Part shown: positions 32,666-43,488 of the stretch, in pieces | Numbering within the stretch: position 1 is the first letter of the stretch | Layout: each line of letters begins with the position of its first letter | Assembly (NCBI GenBank): GCA_963782055.1 | Contig: CAWAIF010000003.1 | Location: forward strand, 1,056,001-1,120,000 | Length of the DNA: 64,000 nt | Direction of reading: 5' to 3' | Source of the DNA: an uncultured delta proteobacterium | GTDB taxonomy: Bacteria > Myxococcota_A > Polyangia > Polyangiales > Polyangiaceae | The notes under the pieces: model-generated | What the model was told of the DNA's origin: nothing | What the model saw: the letters and a program-made list of their open reading frames with translations, nothing else | The model's database searches: none | Translations under genes and position numbers: made by a program

Positions 32666-35298
32666 GCAAGGTGCGCGTGTACGAAGCGGCGAAACAGCTC
32701 AACGTCGAGCCCAAGGCCGCCGTTGCGTTGTTCCAGGCGGTCGGGATCGCCGAGGTCCGCAACCACATGAGCTCCGTGGAGCCGGAGGCGATCGAGCGCG
32801 TGAGGCGCCACCTGGAGAAGCAGAAGACGCACGACGTGGTGGAGGAGCGAATCCGCCCCACCGTCGTCAAGCGTCGCTCCATCGCCAAGAAGGCCGCACC
32901 GGGGGACGCGCCGTCGGCGCCCGCGATGCCGCCTCCCCCTCCCTCGATGCCGCAGGTGGCGGAGGCCCCGCCCGAGCCGGCGCCGAGCAACGGCCATGGC
33001 GCCGTCGCCGCGGAGCCCGCCCCCGCCGAGCCGAGCGCGCCCCAGGTCGCGCCGGTCTCCGTACCGGCGGACCGCAAGAGCGCCCGCGAGGTGGAGCCGG
33101 AGGCTGTGGCCGCCGCCCCCGTCTCTGTCCCCGCCGTGGAGGAGCCGCCGGCGCCGCCGCCGGAGCCGGTGCACGTCGAGCCTCCGCCCCCGGAGCCGCC
33201 GCCGCCGCCGCCACCCCCGCCGCCGCCGCCTCCCCCGCGCACCTCCCCGCCGAAGACCGGCGTCGAGTACTGGACCGGCCGCCCCGGCGTGCCGATGCCC
33301 ACCCCCGCGTCCGCGCAGCGCACCGCCATCGGCGGCGGCGTGACCGGCGCCATGCCTCGCCGCACGCAGTACGACCCGCGCGCGGGCTCGTCTCCCGGCC
33401 GCGGTCGCCCCGGCGCGCCGATGGGCCGTCCCATGGGCCGCGGGCCGATGGGTCGCCGCATGGGCCCCGGCTCCATGCCGATGCGCACCAAGAGCGGCAT
33501 CGTCTCCACGCAGGAGATGAGCGCTCACAAGAAGGTCATCCGCATCGAGGAGAACATCACCCTCGCGGCGATGGCCGCCAAGATGAGCCTCAAGGCGACA
33601 GAGCTGCTGATGAAGCTGCTCGGCATGGGCATGACGGGCGTGCACATCAACACCACCCTCGACGCCGACACGGCGAAGATCCTCGCCGGCGAGTTCGGCT
33701 GGGAGGTCGAGGACGTCGCGGTCAGCGAGGAGGAGAGCATCGCGGCCGCCCGCGGCGAGCAGGCCGCGGCCGAGGCGTCCGACGAGGCGCTCGTCGCCCG
33801 GCCCCCGGTGGTGACGGTGATGGGTCACGTCGACCACGGCAAGACCAGCCTCCTCGACAAGATCCGCAAGGCCAACGTCGCCGGCGGCGAGGCCGGCGGC
33901 ATCACGCAGCACATCGGCGCCTACAAGGTGACCACCAAGAGCGGGCCGGTCGTCTTCCTCGACACCCCCGGCCACGAGGCCTTCACCCAGATGCGCGCGC
34001 GCGGCGCGAGCGTCACCGACATCGTGGTGCTCGTCGTCGCCGCCGACGACGGCGTGATGCCGCAGACGCGCGAGGCCGTGAACCACGCCAAGGCGGCGAA
34101 GGTGCCGATCATCGTCGCGGTCAACAAGATCGACAAGGCCAACGCCGAGCCGGACCGCGCGCGTCGCGAGCTGGCAGAGCTCGGCCTCACCCCGGAGGAC
34201 TGGGGCGGCGACACCATGTACGTCAACGTCTCCGCCCTCACCGGCCAGGGGGTCGACGAGCTGCTCGACCGCATCGCCCTGCAGGCGGAGGTCATGGAGC
34301 TCAAGGCCAACCCGGACCGCCCGGCGAGCGGCACCGTGATCGAGGCGCTTCTCGACCGCGGGCGCGGCCCCGTCGCGCGCGTCCTGGTCCAGGACGGCAC
34401 CCTCCACGTGGGCGACTTCGTCCTCGCGGGCCCCGGCTTCGGCAAGGTCCGCGCGATGACGAACGAGCACGGCAAGCAGATCCAGGAGGCGGGTCCCGCC
34501 ACGCCGGTGGAGATCCTCGGCCTCTCGGAGGTCCCCGGCGCGGGCGACCCGCTCGACGCGGTCAAGGACGCCAAGAAGGCGCAGGAGATCGCCGAGAGCC
34601 GCAAGGGCAAGCTCGCCAAGAGCCTCATCCCGCCGGAGGCCCGCGCCTCCCTGCAGGACGTCATCGACAAGATCCGCGAGAGCGAGCAGCTCGAGCTGCG
34701 CATCATCATCAAGGGCGACGTGCAGGGCTCGGTGGAGGCGCTGGCCAACGCGCTCTCCCGCCTCTCGACCGAGCGCGTCCGCCTCTCCATCATCCACGCC
34801 GGCGTCGGGGCCATCACCGAGGGTGACATCAACCTCGCCATCGCCTCCCGGGCGATCATCGTGGGCTTCAACGTCCGGCCCGCCGGCAAGGCGGCCGCCG
34901 CAGCGGAGGAGAACAAGATCGAGATCCGCCTCTACTCGATCATCTACAACGCGGTGGACGACATCCGCTCGGCGATGGAGGGGCTGCTCCCCGCCACGCT
35001 GGTGGAGAAGAGCAGCGGCAAGGCGGAGGTCCGGCAGATCTTCAAGATCAAGGGCACCGTCGTCGCCGGCTGCTACATCATCCAGGGCATGTTCAAGCGC
35101 GCCGGTCAGGTGCGGCTCATCCGCGACGACGCGGTGGTGTGGAGCGGAAAGGTCTCCGCCCTCAAGCGCTTCAAGGACGACGTGAAGGACGTCGCCGAGG
35201 GCTTCGAGTGCGGCATCAGCCTGGACGGCTACACCGACATCAAGGAAAAGGACATCCTGGAGAGCTTCGACGTGGAAGAGGTCAAGCAGAAGCTGTGA
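32662..35298 (+). CDS. infB: Translation initiation factor IF-2
   Basis: [41 protein letters not shown]. Confidence 0.98.
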   Translation: MSKVRVYEAAKQLNVEPKAAVALFQAVGIAEVRNHMSSVEPEAIERVRRHLEKQKTHDVVEERIRPTVVKRRSIAKKAAPGDAPSAPAMPPPPPSMPQVAEAPPEPAPSNGHGAVAAEPAPAEPSAPQVAPVSVPADRKSAREVEPEAVAAAPVSVPAVEEPPAPPPEPVHVEPPPPEPPPPPPPPPPPPPPRTSPPKTGVEYWTGRPGVPMPTPASAQRTAIGGGVTGAMPRRTQYDPRAGSSPGRGRPGAPMGRPMGRGPMGRRMGPGSMPMRTKSGIVSTQEMSAHKKVIRIEENITLAAMAAKMSLKATELLMKLLGMGMTGVHINTTLDADTAKILAGEFGWEVEDVAVSEEESIAAARGEQAAAEASDEALVARPPVVTVMGHVDHGKTSLLDKIRKANVAGGEAGGITQHIGAYKVTTKSGPVVFLDTPGHEAFTQMRARGASVTDIVVLVVAADDGVMPQTREAVNHAKAAKVPIIVAVNKIDKANAEPDRARRELAELGLTPEDWGGDTMYVNVSALTGQGVDELLDRIALQAEVMELKANPDRPASGTVIEALLDRGRGPVARVLVQDGTLHVGDFVLAGPGFGKVRAMTNEHGKQIQEAGPATPVEILGLSEVPGAGDPLDAVKDAKKAQEIAESRKGKLAKSLIPPEARASLQDVIDKIRESEQLELRIIIKGDVQGSVEALANALSRLSTERVRLSIIHAGVGAITEGDINLAIASRAIIVGFNVRPAGKAAAAAEENKIEIRLYSIIYNAVDDIRSAMEGLLPATLVEKSSGKAEVRQIFKIKGTVVAGCYIIQGMFKRAGQVRLIRDDAVVWSGKVSALKRFKDDVKDVAEGFECGISLDGYTDIKEKDILESFDVEEVKQKL

Positions 35299-35350
35299 CC
35301 TCTCACCCCCCCCGCCCCCCCTCTCCCTGAACGGAGCGGGAGGGGGGGAG
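35299..35350 (+). repeat. REP-like palindromic element, copy 3
   Basis: CCTCTCACCCCCCCCG-CCCCCCCTCTCCC...GGGAGGGGGGG immediately after the infB stop. Confidence 0.65.
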
Positions 35351-35358
35351 AAGCCGGG

Positions 35359-37317
35359 TCAGGGGTTGTCGGTGGGGTCGTCCCAGGGGTTGGACCCGAG
35401 GCCGTTCAGGCCGTCGGGCGCGCCCGCGCCGCCGAGGCCACGCAGGAGCTTGGGGTCGGGGTCGGCCTTCGGCTTGCGCCGGTGGACCGGCGCGTCGTGG
35501 AAGAAGACCAGCTCCAGCTTCGTCGAGAGCTGGTCGAAGGCGCGCGCGGCCATGATCTCGTACACGAGGGAGTCGCTCGGCCCCGCGTCCGGGTTGTCCA
35601 CCAGCGCCCCGAAGGAGGGGTCGGTGAAGGTGTCGTAGCTCACGTGGAAGTGGTCCGGAGGGAGCACGCTCATCTGGAAGGTGAGCGCCTGCTCGTCGTC
35701 CGGCTGGACCATCTTCACGTCGAACGCGATCTTGATGCCGACGAACCGCCGGCTCTCCTTGCGGTTGACGTACGTCTCGCCCGACCAGCCGACGACGTAG
35801 TCGATGAGGATGGTCGGCTTGGTGAGGTCCAGCTTCTCCTTGGGGTCATCGGGGAGCACGTCGCCCAGCTCGAGCGGCAGCACGTCCGCGGGGAAGACCT
35901 CGCCGAAGGCGCTCTGCAGGGCGCCGACCATCGCGCGCTCGCGCTTCTCGCCGTCCTGCGGGTCGAAGTGTTGCGACACGGCGGCGAACCCCATCGGGCC
36001 GGTGTCGCCCGGGTCGTCGGCGGCGAGGATCTTGTCGGCGGCGGCGAGCGTCACCGAGTTGTGACGGCGGAAGCGCACCGCGACGCTGGACGAGTCGTGC
36101 ATCTCCTCGTACGCGAGCAGGCTCTGGACGAAGGGCAGCACGTTCTTGTCGGCGACGTTCGCCTTCGGGCGGAAGTCGGCGAGCGTCTCCTCGAAGAGTC
36201 GATGGATCGCCGTCTTCGCCGCGCCGACGTCGTCGGCCTTCGGGTAGTCCTTGATGAAGGCGCGGAGCGCCGAGACGGTGCCGGCGTTCTTCGCCGTGAC
36301 GAAGTCGTCGTGGATGGCGTCCTTCAGGGCCTGCTGCGCCTCGGCGTCGACCGACGAGTGGGGATACTTCACGAGGAAGTCCTTGATCGCCGCGACGCTC
36401 TGCTTCTCCTTCGCGTCGCGGAGCTCGGCGTGGGGGAGCAGGTTCTGGCGCACCTCGTCCGCGTGGCGCGTCCCCTTCCAGAGGTAATCCTCGTAGGAAT
36501 AGGTGTTGTCGCTGCGCTTCGCCTTGGAGAAGGCGATCTCGTCGCTCAGCGCGTTTCGGGCGAGCCAGAGGGGCGCGGCCAGCACCGCCAGGCCGAGGCC
36601 CGCGGCCCAGCCCATCTTGAGCCAGGAGGGGACCTGCCTCGCCATGAGCACGCCGTCCTCGTTGCCGGCGGAGACGTTCTGCCAGTCCTGCATCCGCACG
36701 TCGAAGAAGGGGTCGAGCGCGGCGATCTGGTCGACGTCGCGCGCGGCGATCGCCTGGTCGAGCAGCATCTGGCTGCGCCGGAGGTTGCCGAGCATCGCCT
36801 CGGCGAAGGGCTTGCTGCGCGCGGAGAAGGTGAAGCGCCTGCCGCCGACGGTCGAGATGTGGAAGGCGGTGTGGGTGTAGAACCCGTTGCGGTAGTGGTG
36901 GACGGGCTGCAGGCTCACCACGTTCGCGAACGGGATGAGCTCCAGGTCCTTCGACTCGGCGATGACGATGTCCATCGGGAAGACGTACTTGCCGGTGGGG
37001 AAGGGGAGGGAGCCGCTGAGGCGCATGCGCCGGAGCACGCCGAAGGCCGACAGGCCGACCAGGAACAGGGCGATCGCCATCCCGAGCAGCGCGAGGGGCG
37101 ACTGGCGGCAGCTGTACATCGAGCCGAAGGAGGCGGCGGGGATCCACGCCAGCACGCCCAGCGCCACAAGGCCGAGGAGCACCCAGCCGACCACCGCCCC
37201 GCCGCTCCGCATGACGAAGATGGGGGCAGGCGCGGAGCGCCCTTGCAGGCACGCGACGAACCGCTCGCGCGCCGAGCGCGGCAGGTGGTTGAAGTCGAGG
37301 ATGCGGTTCTGGGCCAT
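35359..37317 (-). CDS. Hypothetical membrane protein with helical (F/Y)L.xYP repeats
   Basis: Three TM segments; repeats FLVKYP and FIKDYP; GGGAGA RBS. Confidence 0.82.
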   Translation of the reverse strand: MAQNRILDFNHLPRSARERFVACLQGRSAPAPIFVMRSGGAVVGWVLLGLVALGVLAWIPAASFGSMYSCRQSPLALLGMAIALFLVGLSAFGVLRRMRLSGSLPFPTGKYVFPMDIVIAESKDLELIPFANVVSLQPVHHYRNGFYTHTAFHISTVGGRRFTFSARSKPFAEAMLGNLRRSQMLLDQAIAARDVDQIAALDPFFDVRMQDWQNVSAGNEDGVLMARQVPSWLKMGWAAGLGLAVLAAPLWLARNALSDEIAFSKAKRSDNTYSYEDYLWKGTRHADEVRQNLLPHAELRDAKEKQSVAAIKDFLVKYPHSSVDAEAQQALKDAIHDDFVTAKNAGTVSALRAFIKDYPKADDVGAAKTAIHRLFEETLADFRPKANVADKNVLPFVQSLLAYEEMHDSSSVAVRFRRHNSVTLAAADKILAADDPGDTGPMGFAAVSQHFDPQDGEKRERAMVGALQSAFGEVFPADVLPLELGDVLPDDPKEKLDLTKPTILIDYVVGWSGETYVNRKESRRFVGIKIAFDVKMVQPDDEQALTFQMSVLPPDHFHVSYDTFTDPSFGALVDNPDAGPSDSLVYEIMAARAFDQLSTKLELVFFHDAPVHRRKPKADPDPKLLRGLGGAGAPDGLNGLGSNPWDDPTDNP

Positions 37318-37396
37318 GACTCTCCCCGGTCGGCCTCCGCCAGAGCGGGCCGCCCTCTGTCGCTCATCGTCCCGGCCCTCGATGGGGCGGGAGTCG

Positions 37397-37852
37397 TCAG
37401 TGCAGCGACAGGTTGATGATGAAGGCGATGACCGTCAGCACGATGTCCAGGATGCCGATGATCATGGCGGCCTGCGCCATGCCACCGCCACGCATGCCGG
37501 GTGTGCCGGCGATGATCATCTGCGCCGAGCGCGCCTTGGAGATGGCAATGCCGCCGAGGATGGGGCCGCAGCAGAAGAGGCCGACGATGGCGTAGATGAG
37601 CGCCTGCTTCGCCAGCGCGCACTCGCCGGGGTCGTAGCCCATGCCGGGGGCCGGGTAGCCGCCGTAGGGGTTGGGGGGCATGCCGAAGCCGCCAGGGGGC
37701 GGGGCGCCGAAGCCGCCAGGAGGCGCGCCGCCGGGGGGACCATAGCCGCCAGGGGGAGGGCCGTAGCCGCCAGGAGGCGGCCCGCCAGGCGGGCCGAAGC
37801 CGCCTGCAGCCTGAACGAGGCTCTCGGAAGGAGCCGTGCCGGTGGGTTCCAT
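37397..37852 (-). CDS. Gly/Pro-rich membrane protein, DUF4190-like
   Basis: ATG 37852; GGYGPPP repeats, then two TMs with LFCCGPILG and GGGMAQAA. Confidence 0.82.
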   Translation of the reverse strand: MEPTGTAPSESLVQAAGGFGPPGGPPPGGYGPPPGGYGPPGGAPPGGFGAPPPGGFGMPPNPYGGYPAPGMGYDPGECALAKQALIYAIVGLFCCGPILGGIAISKARSAQMIIAGTPGMRGGGMAQAAMIIGILDIVLTVIAFIINLSLH

Positions 37853-37987
37853 CGCCCCATCGTACGCGAGAACGGAGCACTCCTTCCCGCCGATCGTCGG
37901 CCCGTACCGCCCGGTCGATCGTCTACAGCCCCGGCGCTTCGGCGGTGCGCGCCGCCCGCCTTTCGGGCTAAACCTGGTCCCCTGGCC

Positions 37988-38305
37988 ATGTTCGTGGGCG
38001 TGCTTGAGCTGGTTTTCCACATCCCCCACGCGCGCTCCCTCAAGGAGAAGCGCGCGGTGGTGCGGCGCTTTCGTGACCGGGTGCGGGCGCGCTTCGACGT
38101 CTCGGTGGCGGAGGTGGGCGCGCAGGACCTCCACCAGCGCGCCGTCTTCGGCGTGAGCGTCGTCTCCGGCGACGCGGCGGTGTGCGACGCCGTCCTCGCG
38201 CAGGTGGCCCACGAGGCGGAGACGCAGCGCGACGCGGTGCTCACGGCACGGCACACCGAGGTGATGACGATGGGCGACGAGCTCTACGAGGGCAGCGATG
38301 GCTGA
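37988..38305 (+). CDS. ylxP: DUF503 (YlxP) family protein
   Basis: MFVGVL..SLKEKRAVV..RFDVSVAEV..QDLHQR; precedes rbfA. Confidence 0.93.
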   Translation: MFVGVLELVFHIPHARSLKEKRAVVRRFRDRVRARFDVSVAEVGAQDLHQRAVFGVSVVSGDAAVCDAVLAQVAHEAETQRDAVLTARHTEVMTMGDELYEGSDG

Positions 38306-38660
38306 GGTGAAACGGAGCGCCCGGGTGGCGGAGCGCGTGCGTCAGGTGCTGGCCGAGCTCTTCGCCCGCGAGGTGCGGGACCCGCGCGTCGCCGGCGTGG
38401 TCGTCACGCGCGTCGAGCTGACGGACGACCTGCGCGTGGCGCGCGTGATGGTGCGCGTGCTCGAGGGCGACGACGACGGCTCGCGCCGCAAGCCCTTGCT
38501 CGAGGGCCTCGCGCGCGCCACCCCGCTGCTCCGCCGCGAGGTGGGCCGCCGCGCCAGCCTGCGCTTCGCCCCCGAGCTCCGGTTCGCCTACGACGAGGGC
38601 CTGGACCACACCACCCGCGTCGAAGAGATCCTCCACCAGATCGCCAAGGAAAAGAAATGA
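38298..38660 (+). CDS. rbfA: Ribosome-binding factor A
   Basis: RVAERVR, VRDPRV, DLRVARV, LRFAPELRFAYD. Confidence 0.96.
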   Translation: MAEVKRSARVAERVRQVLAELFAREVRDPRVAGVVVTRVELTDDLRVARVMVRVLEGDDDGSRRKPLLEGLARATPLLRREVGRRASLRFAPELRFAYDEGLDHTTRVEEILHQIAKEKK

Positions 38661-38678
38661 CCTGGCCGCGGGGGGGCG

Positions 38679-39263
38679 TCACCGCAAGCGCGTGACGTAC
38701 CAGCTCCCGCGCCACGCCGTCATCTCCCGGATCTCCAGTTTGTGCTCCTTGCCGTCGATGGAGAAGGTCAGCGTGTTGTCGCGCACCTGCCAGAGCCCCA
38801 CCTTCCACTCCTTGTGCTTCGGCTCCGCCTTGACGATCTGGTGGCCGATGTCGAAGGAGACGAACGCCGCGCGGTCGATCCCGCGCGTGCGCCGGGTGAC
38901 GCGCTTGATGTCCTTGTCGAACTTGGGCTTGAAGCGATCGTCCCACTGCTTGCCCGGGTCGTCGGCGTCGCGGGTCGCCATGTAGGCGTTGCGCGGGAAG
39001 ACGATGTCGCGGCAGAGGTCCGGGTTGCCGTCGCGCAGCGCCTCCAGCAGGTGCTTGGCGCGCGTGGTGAGCTCCGCGGAGCTGGGCTCGGGGAGCGCGT
39101 CGTCCGGGGGGCCGGCCTCCATCAGCGCGAGGGCGTCCAGCGTCGCGGCGTCGCGCACCGGCCGGGGGGCGGCGGCGTCCGTGGAGGGGTGGGGTTTGTC
39201 GTGGCAGCCCGTGGCGGCGAGCAGGCCGAGGGCGACGGCGCGCGCGAGGGGCGAACCCCTCAT
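38679..39263 (-). CDS. Hypothetical lipoprotein
   Basis: ATG 39263 (ATGA overlap with the upstream gene); lipobox-like ATGC. Confidence 0.8.
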   Translation of the reverse strand: MRGSPLARAVALGLLAATGCHDKPHPSTDAAAPRPVRDAATLDALALMEAGPPDDALPEPSSAELTTRAKHLLEALRDGNPDLCRDIVFPRNAYMATRDADDPGKQWDDRFKPKFDKDIKRVTRRTRGIDRAAFVSFDIGHQIVKAEPKHKEWKVGLWQVRDNTLTFSIDGKEHKLEIREMTAWRGSWYVTRLR

Positions 39264-40483
39264 GCCAGATTGGGCAGGGTGACGACGTCGACGTGCAGCA
39301 CCTCGTCGAACGCGCAGATCTCCTTCAGGCACGCCTCGCTGGGGCGCGAGACCAGGCGCAGCTTGGCGCAGGCGGCGCCGCCGCCCTCGAAGACGGTGTT
39401 GGTCACCTCCTCGACGTTGATCCCGTGGCGCTTGAGCACGTTCAGAACGTGCGCGAAGGTGCCCACTTTGTCCAGCATGCGGATGACGAGCTGGAAGCGG
39501 GTCATGGAGGCGGAGAGCACGTTGACCACGTTGGGCACGGTGCCTTCGAGCAGGAAGGAGCGGATGATGCGCACCGCCTCGGTCGCGATGGCGAGCTGCG
39601 CCTGGTCGGTGGACGCGGCGATGTGGGGCGTGCCGTAGATGAAGCCGCCATCGGCGGTGGCGGTGGCGTCGAAGAGGTCGGACTTGTAGGCCGTCGTGCC
39701 CCTCGGCTCGTCGGGGTAGACGTCGATGCCGACGCGCAGGCCGCGCTCGCGGACGGCGCGCTTCATCGCCTCGTAGTCGACGAGGTCGGCGCGCGCGGTG
39801 TTGATGAAGATGGCGCGGGCCGGCAGGGCGTCGAAGACCCGCTTGGAGACGATGCCGCGCGTGCGCGGCGCGAGCGCCAGGTGCACGGTCATCACGTCGG
39901 AGCGGGACGCGAGCTCCTCCAGGTTGGCCGCGTAGCCGATGCCCAGCTCCCCCGCGCGCGTGGGCGTGAGCGAGCGGCTGGACGCGATGACGTGAAAGCC
40001 GAAGGCGCGGGCACGCCCCGCGACCTCGCGGCCGATGGCGCCCAGGCCTGCGATGCCCATCGTCTTGCCGTACAGGCCCTCCGCCTTGCCGTACTCCGCG
40101 CGCTCCAGCCGGCCGGCGCGAAGCGCGACGGTGGCGTCGACGATGCGCCTGTCCAGCGCGACGATCAGCCCGAAGACGAGCTCGGCGACGGCCGCCGCGT
40201 TCTTGCCGGGGCAGTTGGCGACGTAGATGCCGCGCTGGCTGGCGGCGCGCACGTCGATCGTCTGGTAGCCCGCGCCCGCGCGCACGATGAGGTTCAGCTC
40301 GCGCGCCTTGTCGATGGCCTGCGCGGTGACGGGCGTGGAGCGCACGACGAGGATGCCCGCGCCGCGAAGCTGGTTCTCCAGCGTCTCGGGCGTGAGGTCC
40401 GGCTCGTACTGCACCTCGATGGGAAGGGCCTTGAGCTCCTCGATGGCGCGGGGGTGAAGCTTGTCTGCAATGAGAAGGCGCAT
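39260..40483 (-). CDS. serA: D-3-phosphoglycerate dehydrogenase-like protein with C-terminal ACT domain
   Basis: ATG 40483; RAGAG, GLGAIG, NTARA, DVYPDEP, TPHIAAST motifs. Confidence 0.85.
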   Translation of the reverse strand: MRLLIADKLHPRAIEELKALPIEVQYEPDLTPETLENQLRGAGILVVRSTPVTAQAIDKARELNLIVRAGAGYQTIDVRAASQRGIYVANCPGKNAAAVAELVFGLIVALDRRIVDATVALRAGRLERAEYGKAEGLYGKTMGIAGLGAIGREVAGRARAFGFHVIASSRSLTPTRAGELGIGYAANLEELASRSDVMTVHLALAPRTRGIVSKRVFDALPARAIFINTARADLVDYEAMKRAVRERGLRVGIDVYPDEPRGTTAYKSDLFDATATADGGFIYGTPHIAASTDQAQLAIATEAVRIIRSFLLEGTVPNVVNVLSASMTRFQLVIRMLDKVGTFAHVLNVLKRHGINVEEVTNTVFEGGGAACAKLRLVSRPSEACLKEICAFDEVLHVDVVTLPNLA

Positions 40484-40509
40484 CCGTGGGCCCTGGGTTT
40501 GGTTGGAGT

Positions 40510-41454
40510 TCAGAAGGTGAGGGGACCGCGTACCTGGCCGGGCGGGATGTCGCCGCTGTCGGCGCCGCGCTCGGTGAGCAGCGCGACGGTCAAGGCGACC
40601 CCGCCGGCCACGGCGACGCCGATGGCCGTCCAGAACCACCAGCGCTGGTAGATCGCGGGGGTCCTCTCGAGCCTGAGGTCCACGGCGCGGTGCTCCCCGC
40701 GCTCGACGACGGCGCTGGTGGCCAGGTCGTAGTAACCGTCGCGGCGGAGCAGCAGGCGGTGGGTGCCGGGCAGCAGGGACACCGAGAGCGGCGTGCCGCC
40801 CAGCAGCTTGCCGTCGACCAGCGTGGACGTCGCGCCGGGGGTGCTGTGCACCACGAGCACGCCCGTCGGCGTCGCGCGCTTGAGCTCGAAGGTGAGAGCC
40901 AGGTTGCCGCCCATCGGGAGCGTGACCTGCCGCTTCTCGCTCACGTAGTCGGGGGCGTTGACCTCGATGGTGGCCGCGCCGGAGTTGAGCTTGATGCCCG
41001 TCAGAGGCGTCTGCCCGACCGCCTTGTCGCGCACCAGCACGCGCGCGCCCGGCACGTTGCTCGTCACGGTGAGGCTGGAGACGTGCTGGCGGAAGTTGTC
41101 GATGAGGCCCTGGAGCTTCGGCACCTTCGCGAGGAGGCTGGGCGGGGCGTCCTGCTGGAAGCGCTCCAGCTCGCTGACGGCCTCGGGGTAGTTGCCCAGC
41201 GCGCCGAGCGCGCGGCCCATGTTGTAGACGTCGCGCGGGTCCTTCGAGAGGGCGTACGCCTTGCGGTAACCCTCCAGCGCCTCGGCGTAGCGGAGGTTGT
41301 CCATGGCGTCGTCGGCGGCGGCCTTCAGCTTCTCGGCCTGGGCGTGGTCGGCGGCGGTCTGCGCCAGGGCGACGCGCGGCACCGCTGCGGCGAGGCAAAC
41401 GGCCAGGGCGAGCCGGTGGACCCACGGGATCACGGCGCGACGCGGTCGGGTCAT
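40510..41454 (-). CDS. TPR + PEGA domain protein
   Basis: TPR-like helix pair (YAEALEGY, YNMGRA), two PEGA modules (VDGKLLGGTP), C-terminal WWFWT TM. Confidence 0.88.
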   Translation of the reverse strand: MTRPRRAVIPWVHRLALAVCLAAAVPRVALAQTAADHAQAEKLKAAADDAMDNLRYAEALEGYRKAYALSKDPRDVYNMGRALGALGNYPEAVSELERFQQDAPPSLLAKVPKLQGLIDNFRQHVSSLTVTSNVPGARVLVRDKAVGQTPLTGIKLNSGAATIEVNAPDYVSEKRQVTLPMGGNLALTFELKRATPTGVLVVHSTPGATSTLVDGKLLGGTPLSVSLLPGTHRLLLRRDGYYDLATSAVVERGEHRAVDLRLERTPAIYQRWWFWTAIGVAVAGGVALTVALLTERGADSGDIPPGQVRGPLTF

Positions 41455-41464
41455 CGGGGGTGGA

Positions 41465-42841
41465 TCATAGGCGCGTCGGGGTCGGCCGCGGGGTCGTCGT
41501 GGCGGTCGCCTTGTGCGTGGGAGCCGGGGGAGGATGCCGTGGCCGCGAGGTCGTCGTCGGCCGCGGGTGCTTCGCCGACGGTACCGCGACCGCGGTCGCG
41601 GCGGAAGTCGTCCCCGTGGCGCTGGGCGCGGGCGCGCTGGCCGAGGGCGTGGCGGTGACCGTGGGGGGCGGCGGGGACGGCTCGGTGGCCACCACGTGCG
41701 TCGGCTCGGCGGTGGGGGCGGGAGGCGCGCCGCTGGACCGGAGCAGGACGAGCGCCGCCACCCCGATGAGCGCGGCCGCACCGAAGCCCGCGCTCAGGCC
41801 CACCACGAGCGCGCTGCGGCGCTTGGCGGTGCCCGAGCGCGTGGACCACCCGGGCAGGGTATGGGGAGACGAGCTGGCCAGCGGGGCGACCTCCGGCAGG
41901 CTCCCCGAGGCGTCGGGCAGGCTGCGCTGGCTGCGCGGGAGCACGATGTTCGCCTGCGACGGGTCCGGCCCGCGCACGGTGCCCGAGCCGAAGGGCCCGA
42001 TGGCGACCGCGAGGGAGTGCACGTTGGGGAAGCGCGCCGAGGCCACCTTCTCCAGCGCGGTGCGGATCGTCTGCTCGAGCTCGGCCGGCACGTCGGGACG
42101 GAACTGCGAGAGCGGCGGAGGCTCGTCGATGCAGATGGCCGCCGCCGCCGCGGTGGTGCTGCCCTCGAACGGCGTACGCCCGGCGAGCAGCTCGTACAGG
42201 ATGATGCCCAGCGACCAGATGTCGGTGCGCGTGTCCACGTGCTTGGCCGAGCGCACCTGCTCCGGCGACATGTAGAGCGGCGTGCCGACCACCGTCTGCG
42301 TGGCGGTGACGCGCGTGTCCATGTCGTTTTCGACCTTGGAGATGCCGAAATCGAGCACCTTCACCAGCGGACGCTCTCCGCCGCACAGGAAGAGGTTGGA
42401 GGGCTTGAGGTCCCGGTGGACGATGCCCGCCGCGTGCGCCTCCGCCATGGCGTTGCAGGTCTGCAGCACGTAGTCCACGGCCTCGGCCACCGGGAGCTGC
42501 TTGCGTGCCTCGAGCACCTGGGAAAGATCGTTGCCCTCCAGGTACTCCATCACCATGTAGGGCAGGCCGCCCTCCGACACGTCCACGTCCAGCACGCGCG
42601 CAGTGTTCTCGCTGCGGAGCTGCCCCGCGGCGCGCGCCTCCCGCTCGAAGCGGGACACCACGTCGGGCACGTCCAGCACCTCCGGCAGGAGCATCTTGAT
42701 GGCGACGTGCTGCTGGATGCGCACGTGCACCGCCTCGTAGACGACGCCCATGCCGCCCTCGCCGATGCGGCGAACGAGCTTGTACTTCCCCGCCAGGGTC
42801 TCGCCCAGCTCGGGGAGGGTACGGCTAAGCATCGAAGTCAC
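41465..42841 (-). CDS. Transmembrane Hanks-type Ser/Thr protein kinase
   Basis: GEGGMG, VAIK, HRDLKPSN, DFG, GTPLYMSPEQ, DIWSLG; alternative ATG at 42832. Confidence 0.96.
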   Translation of the reverse strand: MTSMLSRTLPELGETLAGKYKLVRRIGEGGMGVVYEAVHVRIQQHVAIKMLLPEVLDVPDVVSRFEREARAAGQLRSENTARVLDVDVSEGGLPYMVMEYLEGNDLSQVLEARKQLPVAEAVDYVLQTCNAMAEAHAAGIVHRDLKPSNLFLCGGERPLVKVLDFGISKVENDMDTRVTATQTVVGTPLYMSPEQVRSAKHVDTRTDIWSLGIILYELLAGRTPFEGSTTAAAAAICIDEPPPLSQFRPDVPAELEQTIRTALEKVASARFPNVHSLAVAIGPFGSGTVRGPDPSQANIVLPRSQRSLPDASGSLPEVAPLASSSPHTLPGWSTRSGTAKRRSALVVGLSAGFGAAALIGVAALVLLRSSGAPPAPTAEPTHVVATEPSPPPPTVTATPSASAPAPSATGTTSAATAVAVPSAKHPRPTTTSRPRHPPPAPTHKATATTTPRPTPTRL

Positions 42842-42900
42842 GACCGGATACGATACCCTGCGGGCGCGAGGCGGCCAATCGAGGGATAGTCTTGGAGGAC

Positions 42901-43395
42901 ATGAAACCCGGAGAGCACCCCGAATTCTTCCGGCTCCCGCCCCCTCCCGGGCGGTCCCGGGAGAGCACCATCGTCCTGGACGCCGAGGGGCGCTTCTCCC
43001 ACGACGGCGAGCGGGTCGCCCACCCCAAGCTTGCCGCGGCGATGCACGGCTGGATCAGCCGCCACCCCGACGACGGGCGCTACATCCTCACCAACGGCTA
43101 CGACTGGACCTACCTCACGGTCGAGGATGCGCCGTACGTGGTGCGGGCGGTGCGGGTGGAGCCGGAGCGCGTGGTGCTGCTGCTCAGCGACGGCACCGAG
43201 GAAGCGTGGGATCCCGCGGGGGCGCGGGTGGGGGCGCACGATGTCCTGTACACGCGGGTCAAGGACGAGGCGCCGCGTGGGCCGTTCGAGGCACGGTTCA
43301 GCCGGCACGCCCAGACGTCGCTCGCGCCGGTGCTGGAGGAGCGGGGCGGGCGGCTGGTGGTCCACCTGGCGGGCCGGGACCACCCCATCGGCTGA
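42901..43395 (+). CDS. DUF1285-like protein
   Basis: LDAEGRFSHDG, VEDAPYVV, EARFSR motifs; GGAGG RBS before ATG 42901. Confidence 0.75.
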   Translation: MKPGEHPEFFRLPPPPGRSRESTIVLDAEGRFSHDGERVAHPKLAAAMHGWISRHPDDGRYILTNGYDWTYLTVEDAPYVVRAVRVEPERVVLLLSDGTEEAWDPAGARVGAHDVLYTRVKDEAPRGPFEARFSRHAQTSLAPVLEERGGRLVVHLAGRDHPIG

Positions 43396-43488
43396 CCCCC
43401 GTGCGTCGGAGCGCTAGCCTGCTAGCGGTCGCCGCAATTCGGCAGGATCACGGGAGAAAGGCGGTGGGGGGCTGCGCCGCTTACGGCG

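Noticed and set aside
37690..37805. DNA repeats encoding GGYGPPP units
   Set aside because: Ordinary low-complexity coding repeat typical of DUF4190-like proteins.
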